In this document: positions 31,102-39,667 of the stretch, piece after piece
Position numbering within the stretch: position 1 is the first letter of the stretch
Layout: every line of letters starts with the position of its first letter
Source: a candidate division WOR-3 bacterium
GTDB taxonomy: Bacteria > Hydrothermota > 32-111
Assembly: GCA_039804105.1 (NCBI GenBank)
Contig: JBDRZU010000001.1
Span: 834,602-898,601 of the forward strand
Reading direction: 5' to 3'
DNA length: 64,000 nucleotides
Notes under the pieces: generated by a model
The model's input: only the letters and a program-made list of their open reading frames with translations
Told to the model about the DNA's origin: nothing
Databases searched by the model: none
Translations under genes and position numbers: made by a program

Positions 31102-31126
31102 GGTGGGAAGGAATCTCCTTCCCACC
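31102..31126. terminator. Perfect 11-bp GC-rich inverted repeat between the convergent ftsZ and GT4 genes. It is a possible bidirectional terminator or RNA-stabilising hairpin.
   Basis: GGTGGGAAGGA (31102-31112), loop ATC, TCCTTCCCACC (31116-31126). Neither side has a clean U-tract, so the terminator call is tentative. Confidence 0.4.
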
Positions 31127-32157
31127 TAAAATAAAGATTTAAAATCTTCTTTTATCTTTCTATTCGAAAAATGTTTTAAAACAACTTTTTGACAGTTTAT
31201 TGAAATTTTATTAAGATTTTCCTTATTGTAAAAATCAAAAAATTTTTTTGCAATAACTTCAGGATCATAGCGCTCAAAAACTAATCCATTAAAACCTGTC
31301 CTCACATAATCATCCATTCCATTACCTTTCAAAAGTAAAGGTATTACACCAAATGCCATGCTTTCCGCTACAACTCTTGAAAAGGTTTCCGTTCTCCTGT
31401 TAAAAAATAACAGAAAAGAAGCTGTCGATAAAACACTTTCAATCTCTTCATAATTTTTAAAAACCACTTCTTTGAAATTGTACTTTTCTTCGTTTTCTTT
31501 TCCAAAAAAACCTGCTTTTTTGGTTATAACTATTAATTTAGCATCATTCATAAAACTTTTAATCTTTTCAAAAACTTCAAAAATCCTATCATATCCTTTT
31601 TCATACGTTGGATCACCAAAATATAGGAATGTTTTAAAATCCTTTTCACTCTCTTGCACTCTATCAACAATATTGTACAAAACTTTACCGTTTTTCAATC
31701 CATACCTTGTCTTTAAAAAATTGGAATTAAAAACTGTTCGGTACGAAAAAATGTAAATAAGCCTTTTTAACACTTTTATCATTCCATTTTCATACATATC
31801 TCTTTCAAAAATGATCCATCTGAAATTACGATATTTTAATTTATAAGAAAAAACCAGAATGTGTGATTTGAAAGTGTTTGAGATGATCGTATCAGATTTA
31901 AGATCAATCATTTTTAATACATCCATAATTGCCTGTAAAAATAGAATAAGATTTTTTAAATCCTTCTTTAAAAGAAGAGTTTCTTTTCTAACGGGTATTT
32001 CTTCAACTTTAACATCTTTGTGAAAATTCCATATACCCTTATCTGCAACTAACACTTTAATATCAAAATCTTCAACAAGAGTATTTATTAATTTTTCAAG
32101 AGATATTTCAGCTCCACCTCTATATGGAGAGAGATCAACAAAAATAATTCTTTTCAT
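31126..32157 (-). CDS. Glycosyltransferase, GT4 / group 1 family
   Basis: The GT-B C-terminal E-x7-E region reads TETFSRVVAESMAFGVIPLL. The length is 343 aa. Confidence 0.65.
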   Translation of the reverse strand: MKRIIFVDLSPYRGGAEISLEKLINTLVEDFDIKVLVADKGIWNFHKDVKVEEIPVRKETLLLKKDLKNLILFLQAIMDVLKMIDLKSDTIISNTFKSHILVFSYKLKYRNFRWIIFERDMYENGMIKVLKRLIYIFSYRTVFNSNFLKTRYGLKNGKVLYNIVDRVQESEKDFKTFLYFGDPTYEKGYDRIFEVFEKIKSFMNDAKLIVITKKAGFFGKENEEKYNFKEVVFKNYEEIESVLSTASFLLFFNRRTETFSRVVAESMAFGVIPLLLKGNGMDDYVRTGFNGLVFERYDPEVIAKKFFDFYNKENLNKISINCQKVVLKHFSNRKIKEDFKSLF

Positions 32158-33446
32158 AATCTTTCTAAAATTTTTTCAACAATAAAATTCGAAGAAGTTT
32201 CACCAACATACTCTACAAAAAATTTTAATTTATTCTCAACATAATCCTTGTTAAAACTTTTTTCAAAAAATTTTTCATACAATTTTCTAAAATCGGTTTC
32301 ATCTGAACTTATCTCTGCCATTCCACTTTTTGTTAACCCCAAAAAATCACCTCTGTTAAGAAAATCTATCACTATTACAGGTTTACACAAAAACATTGCT
32401 TCAAGAAGTGCTGTTGAATAAAAACCAGTTACAATTTTAGATCTTTTTATCAATTCCTTAATTTTTCCTTTCTCCCATTTTATGAGTTTATTTTCTGAAA
32501 AAATTTTTTTTAAAAATTGAAAGTTGTATTCATTCCTCAAATAAACTTTAAAGTTGGTATCTAAACCTTTAAGCATTTTTGCAATTTTTTCATAAACATA
32601 TTCAAATTCTTCTTCAAACCCTATGAACTGTTGATCTATTAAAAGAAGATCTATATCCTCTTCAATCTTACTACAATTGATTTCAAAAGCAGGATTTCCT
32701 CCAACTATTATTCTGTTTTCAGGAATAAAATTCTTTAAGTAAAGATATGAGGCATTTCCCCAACATACAAAAAAATCTGCATTCAAAGGAGCAAAAGACT
32801 CTTTTATCATAGGCAAACAGCTTTCAGAAATTGGAGTAATTCCGTGTTGAAAAACAAATGTTTTTACCCCTTTCTCTTTGAAATATTCGACAAGGATATG
32901 TTTAAATTTTGTTCTGTCTTCATCAACCAATACAAATAAAGGTAACTTTTTTGAAAAATATTTTTGAAGCATTTTTTCAAACCTTTCAAGATCATAATAA
33001 TTATCCTGAACTATATCTTTATAAAGATTTCCAATTTTGTATTCAATATCAACTACTTTAATTGAAATTGGAACCCTTCCAATTCTTGAATAAACCAGAT
33101 TTTGTCCATCAAAAAATCCAAATGGACTGTTTGTGATCTTTACTGTTATATTGTTTATTTTCTTTTCAAGGAATTTTTCTTGTATACTTCGTGGGAGGTT
33201 TCCAAAACTTAAAAAAAATGGTTCTTTGGGATTTTTAATTTTCAGATTCATGGAAAATAAATTTTTTCTCTTCTTTTTATACAAAAAATTTTCGGAGAAA
33301 CTGTCATATGTTGCCCACAACAAAGAATATTTTAAATTCTTAAATTCAGGATAGAGATTTAAAAAATGTTCAACCATTTCAACTGACAAAATATATTTTT
33401 TCATCTGATTTTCTTTAATCGATTTGGTATCCATCATACTCCTCAA
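32154..33446 (-). CDS. Hypothetical polysaccharide-biosynthesis protein (possibly TagF-like, GT-B fold)
   Basis: The 430-aa product contains FVFQHGITP...ADFFVCWGNASYLYLKNFIPENRIIVGGNPAFE, which is loosely reminiscent of CDP-glycerol transferase or capsule-synthesis families. The assignment is weak. Confidence 0.3.
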   Translation of the reverse strand: MRSMMDTKSIKENQMKKYILSVEMVEHFLNLYPEFKNLKYSLLWATYDSFSENFLYKKKRKNLFSMNLKIKNPKEPFFLSFGNLPRSIQEKFLEKKINNITVKITNSPFGFFDGQNLVYSRIGRVPISIKVVDIEYKIGNLYKDIVQDNYYDLERFEKMLQKYFSKKLPLFVLVDEDRTKFKHILVEYFKEKGVKTFVFQHGITPISESCLPMIKESFAPLNADFFVCWGNASYLYLKNFIPENRIIVGGNPAFEINCSKIEEDIDLLLIDQQFIGFEEEFEYVYEKIAKMLKGLDTNFKVYLRNEYNFQFLKKIFSENKLIKWEKGKIKELIKRSKIVTGFYSTALLEAMFLCKPVIVIDFLNRGDFLGLTKSGMAEISSDETDFRKLYEKFFEKSFNKDYVENKLKFFVEYVGETSSNFIVEKILERL

Positions 33447-34731
33447 ATAAAACTTTTAAAATGACCGGCAAAATAAAATGAAAATTGAACAACGATGAAA
33501 AGATAAAAAGGAGAATGTAAAAAATTGTGAAAATATTGATTCTCCTAAAGAGTATCAAAATTGAAAACACAAAATATAAAATAAAAACAAAGCCACCGGA
33601 GAAAAAAAGATTTAAGAAACTCGTTTCATACTTATTCTTATCGATGTTTTTATCAAGCGCTTTACTTGAAAGATACAAACCAACTCCAAAAGGTTTTCTC
33701 TTAAAACTAAACATATCATTTTTTACTTTTTGTATTCTGTTTTTCAGAGAATATGTTTCAAAATTCCTTATGAATGGCTCAACATTATGTTTTAATATTG
33801 TTTCAAGCCTGTTATCATCTTTATATATGGTTGTATCAATTTTAACAAAGATGAATAAAAATTCAGATAAAATTAAAAAAAGTAAAAAAAGAATAAAAAA
33901 AACTTTATACATCTTTTTAAATAAAAGGAAAACAAAAAACATAAGTATTGCAACAAACATAGCCGTTCGAAACGAAAAAAGTATTATAAGAAAAAACGAA
34001 ATCAAAGAAAAAAGGATAGAGAATTTAGTTTTATTTTTAAGAAAAACAACAAATGATAAAACAAGAAAACAAGAGAACTCTTCAACAGATGAAAAAGTTG
34101 AGAAAGGTCTATAATAATTACCAAGCTTTAATGAAGTATATTGATAAAATGATACATTTTTAACATAATAAATATCAGACAACAAATAAATGTTAAAATA
34201 CTGTAACAATCCATAAAAAATTGTTAAAGGGAAAAAATAAATAAGAAACCTATTAAAAACAGGACTAAAATTTTTAAAATTTAGAAAAAAGAAAAAAGGA
34301 AGGATGTAAAGATTCACAAGGACGAAAAAATCAAAAATATTGGTTTTTAACGGCAAAATTATCATATAAATTATTATTATAAAATGAAGTAAAAAAAATA
34401 TTTTCAATTCTTTTGTTAAATTTAAAAATGAAATAAAAATTTCATTCAAAAAGAAGATAATATAGAGAAAAGGTATAAGAAAAATAAGATTATAAGCATA
34501 TCCTGTTGTGAGAAAATAGAATAATCTTGAAAAGAAACCGTAGAACAATAAAAAAAACAAAAAAGAAATATTATTTTTATTTTTTTTATCTATAGCAATT
34601 ATAAGAAAAAACAACACCAAAGGAAAAACGAAAAACAAATTTTGTTCCCTAACCGCAATGAATAAGTAAAAAGATATTCCTATAACAATCGATACCAGTT
34701 TAAAGATATTTGAAAAACCTAAACTTCTCAT
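33415..34731 (-). CDS. O-antigen polymerase/ligase (Wzy-like) membrane protein
   Basis: It has more than 10 Phe/Leu/Ile-rich TM segments. One large hydrophilic loop contains KPFGVGLYLSS, like the Wzy_C loop. Confidence 0.55.
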   Translation of the reverse strand: MRSLGFSNIFKLVSIVIGISFYLFIAVREQNLFFVFPLVLFFLIIAIDKKNKNNISFLFFLLFYGFFSRLFYFLTTGYAYNLIFLIPFLYIIFFLNEIFISFLNLTKELKIFFLLHFIIIIYMIILPLKTNIFDFFVLVNLYILPFFFFLNFKNFSPVFNRFLIYFFPLTIFYGLLQYFNIYLLSDIYYVKNVSFYQYTSLKLGNYYRPFSTFSSVEEFSCFLVLSFVVFLKNKTKFSILFSLISFFLIILFSFRTAMFVAILMFFVFLLFKKMYKVFFILFLLFLILSEFLFIFVKIDTTIYKDDNRLETILKHNVEPFIRNFETYSLKNRIQKVKNDMFSFKRKPFGVGLYLSSKALDKNIDKNKYETSFLNLFFSGGFVFILYFVFSILILFRRINIFTIFYILLFIFSSLFNFHFILPVILKVLFEEYDGYQID

Positions 34732-35579
34732 CGTTTTAATTTTAACATTCTTTTTAAAAATAAAAATAGTTTTAAATAAATATTTATAAACCTTCTTACT
34801 TTTTTTCCATAATGTTTTTCAAGAAAATAATCCATAGATTTAAAAGAATAATTTAAAGATTCTTTGGATGCAGAAAGATTATGTTTGTGAAATGCTTTTA
34901 ATTTTGACTCATAAAATATTTTAAAATTCTGTTTTTTAAATCTTAAAAAAAGATCTGTTTCTTCATAAGTTAAGAAAAATCCTGGATCAAATTTTCCAAC
35001 TCTTTCAAATGATTTTTTTTCTATAAGCATCAAAGATCCATTAACTCCACAAACCTCTTTTGAACCTTTATAAAAGTGAATTCCTTCCCAAACACCCAAA
35101 TATCCATTGCTCTTTCTATCGAAAAGTGAAAGGATAAAAGGTAAAAATGAAAAATGATAGAGTATAACAAAAGGATCGTAACATTTTTTTTGAATACCTT
35201 TTCTAAAACTTATGTTTGAATAGATATTGAATCCAACAATCGAATAACTTTTTTCTCTATATTCCTTTATCTTGTGTTCGAGTTTTTTAAAAAATTCTTT
35301 TTCAAAAATAATATCATCATTGGATATGAGGAAATAATCGGTTTCGACAAAGGATGAACCAATGTTTATAGATTTTCCATAGCCATAATTTTCTGGATTT
35401 TTAATATATGCTTTTTTTAAATCTTTTGGAATAACATTTTCATTATCACCATTATCTATCAATATGAGTTTAATATTATCTTCCTTTAAAATTTTGTAAT
35501 TATGTGTAAAAAATTGCTCAGCATTTTTTCTTTTAAATAGAACAACTATAAGATTCAGTTCAAATTTTTTCTCATCCAT
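34728..35579 (-). CDS. Glycosyltransferase family 2
   Basis: The N-terminal GT-A region reads IVVLFKRKN...LIDNGDNENV, followed by a DD motif (ISNDDIIF). Confidence 0.7.
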   Translation of the reverse strand: MDEKKFELNLIVVLFKRKNAEQFFTHNYKILKEDNIKLILIDNGDNENVIPKDLKKAYIKNPENYGYGKSINIGSSFVETDYFLISNDDIIFEKEFFKKLEHKIKEYREKSYSIVGFNIYSNISFRKGIQKKCYDPFVILYHFSFLPFILSLFDRKSNGYLGVWEGIHFYKGSKEVCGVNGSLMLIEKKSFERVGKFDPGFFLTYEETDLFLRFKKQNFKIFYESKLKAFHKHNLSASKESLNYSFKSMDYFLEKHYGKKVRRFINIYLKLFLFLKRMLKLKR

Positions 35580-36910
35580 AATACAAGTTTTTTACCTTTA
35601 AAAACAAAAATAAAACAAATAAAAATAATTATACCTATCAACAGATTTAGATACAGTTTTTCAAATGAGAATATTAACAAAGAAAAAACCAGTACAGTAG
35701 CGAGAGATAACAAATTCAAAACTTTTACTTTCAGAATGAAATTTGTAAAAAATATCCCTATAAAAAAATAAAAAGTTTTTAAAGTTAAAAAATAATATGA
35801 AAAGTTAACGATATCAATTTTTTTTTCAAAAATGTAGAAAATTAAAACACCAGATAAAGTTAAAAATGAACCAACGATTTGAAGGTAGTTATAGTATTTC
35901 AATTTTTCTATTGAAAGAAGTTTGTTAAACATTATATAGAAAAATATATCAAAAAAAATCGTTATGGAAAGTATTAAAAATATGTTAACCGACTCAATAT
36001 AATTTGTTAAAAATTTTTTTGTAACAATTTTTAAAAAGACATATGAAAGAGTTATGAAGAAAAAAGTTAATACCGAAATTGTAATAAAAAGGAAATTCAA
36101 TCTTCTATAAGAATATTTGTTTATATTTTTTACAAAATCAGGTAAAAAATATTGAACTATAGAAACAGGTAACATTTGAACAAACGAAATGAAAAATACT
36201 GCTGTTGAATAAATTGCAAAAGTTTCTTTAATTAAAATAAAACTTAAAAACAATCTTTCAAAACTTGAGATTATCTGGTTTAAAAATCCTACAAAATAGA
36301 TAGAAAATCCTTTTCTAAAAAAAAACAAAAAATTATCAAAACTAAAAGTTTCAAAACGAATACCTTTTGTAAAAATAACACCAACAGCAAATGATATTAA
36401 TGAATAAAAAATAAAACTAATATATGCGCCATTTAAACCAAAAGAATAAGTCAAAACTATTGTTAAAACCAAAAGTATTATCTGTGAAAGAACAAGATTT
36501 ATTGAATATTTAGAAAAATCTCCAATAGATTTTAAATAATATAATGGTATCTCTTTTGCAGAATAAAAAAAGAGTGTCAAGAATAAAAAAAGAAAGATTT
36601 CTTTTCTAAGAAATAAAACTAAAATAAGCAAGCATAAAGAAACTACAAAAAAAATTAAAGAATTTATTGTAAAGATTTTGTTTTTGTAAATTTCTCTTTC
36701 TTTATCAGACACTTTTGGAAGAAGTATTAAAAAGGAATTTGTTAAACCAAAATTAAACAGTAACAGATAATTTAAGATAATTTTAAATTGACTGAACTCT
36801 CCCATCTGCTGAAGTGAAAGCATTTTTACAAGTAAAAAACCTTGAACGAACGATAAAAAAATATTTATGTAATTTGAAAAAGTATAAAAAGTGATGTTTC
36901 TAATCACCAT
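35555..36910 (-). CDS. Wzx-like polysaccharide flippase (MOP superfamily)
   Basis: The 451-aa product has about 12-14 TM segments. It lies within the GT/Wzy gene neighbourhood. Confidence 0.55.
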   Translation of the reverse strand: MVIRNITFYTFSNYINIFLSFVQGFLLVKMLSLQQMGEFSQFKIILNYLLLFNFGLTNSFLILLPKVSDKEREIYKNKIFTINSLIFFVVSLCLLILVLFLRKEIFLFLFLTLFFYSAKEIPLYYLKSIGDFSKYSINLVLSQIILLVLTIVLTYSFGLNGAYISFIFYSLISFAVGVIFTKGIRFETFSFDNFLFFFRKGFSIYFVGFLNQIISSFERLFLSFILIKETFAIYSTAVFFISFVQMLPVSIVQYFLPDFVKNINKYSYRRLNFLFITISVLTFFFITLSYVFLKIVTKKFLTNYIESVNIFLILSITIFFDIFFYIMFNKLLSIEKLKYYNYLQIVGSFLTLSGVLIFYIFEKKIDIVNFSYYFLTLKTFYFFIGIFFTNFILKVKVLNLLSLATVLVFSLLIFSFEKLYLNLLIGIIIFICFIFVFKGKKLVLWMRKNLN

Positions 36911-37764
36911 TAAAGAAGTTCAGCTCCACATTTCTCACAGTTAAACAGATCTGATCTGTTGATATGACCACATTTGGGACATACAAGACCTTCAATCGTT
37001 TCAATATTTTCTTCCTTAACATTGACTTCAAAATCTTTTTCAAAAACAATATCATCCTCACTTTTATATTTTTTGTTGTTCATCTCAAGAGGATTATCTT
37101 TAACCATTTTTTCCTCTTTGGGAAGATCTTCTCCTAAAGAAAATTTTTCTTCTTTTACTATGTCAGGTTGAATTATATTATCTATTGCAGATTGAATATT
37201 TTCAGATAAGTCCTTATCAAGTTCTTCTGGTTGGACATTTTCATTTAAATTTTCTCCTATAGGTGGAAAATTTGTTTCAATTTTACTTTCAGGATAAACA
37301 AGATTGTTTTCATAAACTATTTTTTCACGGAACTGTTCCATAGAAAGATCCACGGGCATTTTTTCTTGAGGTAATATCTTGGTTAACTCTTTTTTATCTT
37401 CCTGAAGTTTTCTTAGTTGATTATGTAATTGATTCTTTTTGTCATCGAGTATTTGTTTTTTTTCTTCAAACTCCTTTAACGTAATCTCTCCGAGTATACT
37501 TCTAACATTTAATTCTTCTATTTCAAGTTCTAAATCGCTTATTTTTTCATTGATTTCCTTTTCATTTACATTTATCTTTTCTATTTCACTTTTAACAAAC
37601 TCTGCATCTTTTTTAATCTGTTCAAATATGTTTTTCAACTTCTCTTCATATTCGTTTTTGATTTTCTCATAGATCACAAGTTTTATCTGTCCCTTCATTG
37701 CTTCAAGTTTTTTCATTCTATTTTCAAGCTCCTCTTTCTCTAATATCAAACTTTTTAAGTCCAT
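36910..37764 (-). CDS. Coiled-coil protein with an acidic linker and a C-terminal zinc ribbon
   Basis: The N-terminal ~130 aa have heptad-like K/E-rich sequence. The C-terminus is CPKCGHINRSDLFNCEKCGAEL. Confidence 0.45.
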   Translation of the reverse strand: MDLKSLILEKEELENRMKKLEAMKGQIKLVIYEKIKNEYEEKLKNIFEQIKKDAEFVKSEIEKINVNEKEINEKISDLELEIEELNVRSILGEITLKEFEEKKQILDDKKNQLHNQLRKLQEDKKELTKILPQEKMPVDLSMEQFREKIVYENNLVYPESKIETNFPPIGENLNENVQPEELDKDLSENIQSAIDNIIQPDIVKEEKFSLGEDLPKEEKMVKDNPLEMNNKKYKSEDDIVFEKDFEVNVKEENIETIEGLVCPKCGHINRSDLFNCEKCGAELL

Positions 37765-38699
37765 TCTTCCCCCTTTATTATTTTTATGAGAGACTCTTCT
37801 ATTAATATTGTTCCATACCTTTGATTGAACTTTCTTAGATCCCTTAAAAGATTATACACTATTTCAAAACTTTTTTTCAATACTTTTTCGTCCCAATTTT
37901 TAAATTTGCTTTTTTCGTTTTTTTTTGCTTCAGAGAATTGTTTTAAAAGCATCATAACAAGTCCATCGTTAGTCAGAAGTTTCCATTCAAGACATTTTTT
38001 ATATGATAGTAATGTTTCCTTTAATTTTTTTCCCGATAGATTGTTAAGAAAATCAAAAATATATGAATCATAAAATTCAACTTTATCCTGTAATTTCTGA
38101 ATATCATCTAATGTTAAAATTTCTCCTTTCATGTATGAAGAGTTTATTATGTTAAAAACAGAATAAATGTTTCCATCGGTAAAGTCCAGTAGTTTTTGTG
38201 CCATGAGATCAGTTATTTCCATATCTCTTACTTTTCCAAATTCAATTATTCGTTTTATGTTTACATCTTTAAGAAACCTGGGATCCATCTCAACAAAAAA
38301 ATGAAGTGCGTTTTTATATTTTTGTTCAGAAACTTTTTTTATCTCATATGGAGTCAGATTCTCTTCATCAATACACAGGATTATAAATATTATATTCTTT
38401 TCAAATCCAGAGGCTAAATCGTCTATTCTTTCTGCAAAATTTTTAGAAATTTTTAAACCATCTTTAAAAACAAAAATTTTTTTTTCAGATATAAATGGAG
38501 GTGTTAAAATCTTATTATAAAATTCTTCTTCATTACTCTCATCAAAATAAAATTCAAAGTAATCAAAATCATCAGCACCTGGGGATATATATTTTTCTTT
38601 CAATTTTTGTATAACACTTTTTATATCCTCAGAATAGTTCCCTGATATTACAAAAAAGTTTTTATTTTCCGATAAAGTCAGAATATCTTTTATTTCCAT
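37755..38699 (-). CDS. holA: DNA polymerase III subunit delta
   Basis: The pattern FFVISGNYSEDIK...FDYFEFYFDE...ILTPPFISEKKIFVFKD...ILTLDDIQKL...IFDFLNNLSGKKLKETLL parallels the layout of Bacillus HolA (YqeN). The length is 314 aa. Confidence 0.55.
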   Translation of the reverse strand: MEIKDILTLSENKNFFVISGNYSEDIKSVIQKLKEKYISPGADDFDYFEFYFDESNEEEFYNKILTPPFISEKKIFVFKDGLKISKNFAERIDDLASGFEKNIIFIILCIDEENLTPYEIKKVSEQKYKNALHFFVEMDPRFLKDVNIKRIIEFGKVRDMEITDLMAQKLLDFTDGNIYSVFNIINSSYMKGEILTLDDIQKLQDKVEFYDSYIFDFLNNLSGKKLKETLLSYKKCLEWKLLTNDGLVMMLLKQFSEAKKNEKSKFKNWDEKVLKKSFEIVYNLLRDLRKFNQRYGTILIEESLIKIIKGEEWT

Positions 38700-39667
38700 T
38701 AGAATAGATATGCAACTCCAATAGAGTTCGTGTTACCTATTTCAAATATTGAAAGAGAATAATAAATAGAACCATTCAAAATATTTAAAAATACTCCAAA
38801 ACCAATATTTTTTATATCCGATCTTTCAAAAAGATTTTGGTTATAACCTATATTGAAACCTATAATGTTTGAATAGGTATATATCAAAGATGTCATAAGC
38901 TTTCTGTCATTAAGACCATAGGATATCTCTGAAAAAATGTTCGACTTTATTTTTTGAATATCGATAGAATAGGATATGGATGTAAAGAATTTGTCTTTTA
39001 TCAAATTAACAGTGTTGGAATCGGTGTCCCATACAATTCTTGTTTTTGCAACATCTTTATAAACTAATGAAAAGGAGAATATTCCAGGAATTTTTGATTT
39101 AAAATCATTAAATGAAAACTTAACCGTTGTTCCAAGATCAATTCCAAATCCTATCCCTCTGTTCATAAACAATTTTTGATACAATGATTTTATGTTTCCA
39201 CCTAAACTCAACTCATAAAAGATTTTTTCTTTGTGACCTTTTGTCCTGTATGAAAAATTTAAAATTCCAGCAAAGTAATTATCTGAAAAAAATCCTTCAG
39301 GAATAAACGAAAAAGAATCAGAATATTCTGGATATATCGGGATATCGTTTATATTCTGGTTTAAAACTTGAAAACCAAAATTCACACCTTTGAGTTCGGG
39401 TAATAGAAATGAAAGATTGTTATAATCTGACAAATTTGAAAATAAAAATTTATGTTCATAAAAAACCACAAAACTTGTTCTTGGTTGACCAAACATACTT
39501 GAAGAGTTTGAAGGATTAAAGTAAAAGAGTGGTAATCTTGAAGAACTGAAAGTTAAAACAGCACCTTTACTACCTTCTCCCATAGGTGTAGGTAAAATAG
39601 ATAAAAAATCACTTGAAAAAATCTTAAAATTTAAAGAAATGATAAAAAAAATCAGAATTTTTCTCAT
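38699..39667 (-). CDS. PorV/PorQ-family outer-membrane beta-barrel protein
   Basis: It has a signal peptide, then N-terminal FLSILPTPMGEGSKGAVLTF...FYFNPSN, which resembles the FL-x-I...MGGA...NPA start of PorV/PorQ. It shows an alternating beta-strand pattern and ends in GVAYLF (terminal Phe). It overlaps the upstream C25 gene by 4 nt. Confidence 0.5.
   Translation of the reverse strand: MRKILIFFIISLNFKIFSSDFLSILPTPMGEGSKGAVLTFSSSRLPLFYFNPSNSSSMFGQPRTSFVVFYEHKFLFSNLSDYNNLSFLLPELKGVNFGFQVLNQNINDIPIYPEYSDSFSFIPEGFFSDNYFAGILNFSYRTKGHKEKIFYELSLGGNIKSLYQKLFMNRGIGFGIDLGTTVKFSFNDFKSKIPGIFSFSLVYKDVAKTRIVWDTDSNTVNLIKDKFFTSISYSIDIQKIKSNIFSEISYGLNDRKLMTSLIYTYSNIIGFNIGYNQNLFERSDIKNIGFGVFLNILNGSIYYSLSIFEIGNTNSIGVAYLF

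Noticed and set aside
33527-34114. A 195-aa Lys-rich plus-strand ORF (MKILILLKSIKIENTKYKIKTK...)
   Set aside because: It lies entirely antisense to the Phe/Leu/Ile-rich Wzy-like membrane gene. TTT/ATT-rich codons read as AAA/AAT on the other strand, which gives a long stop-free Lys/Asn frame. It has no RBS and no domain, so it is a shadow ORF.
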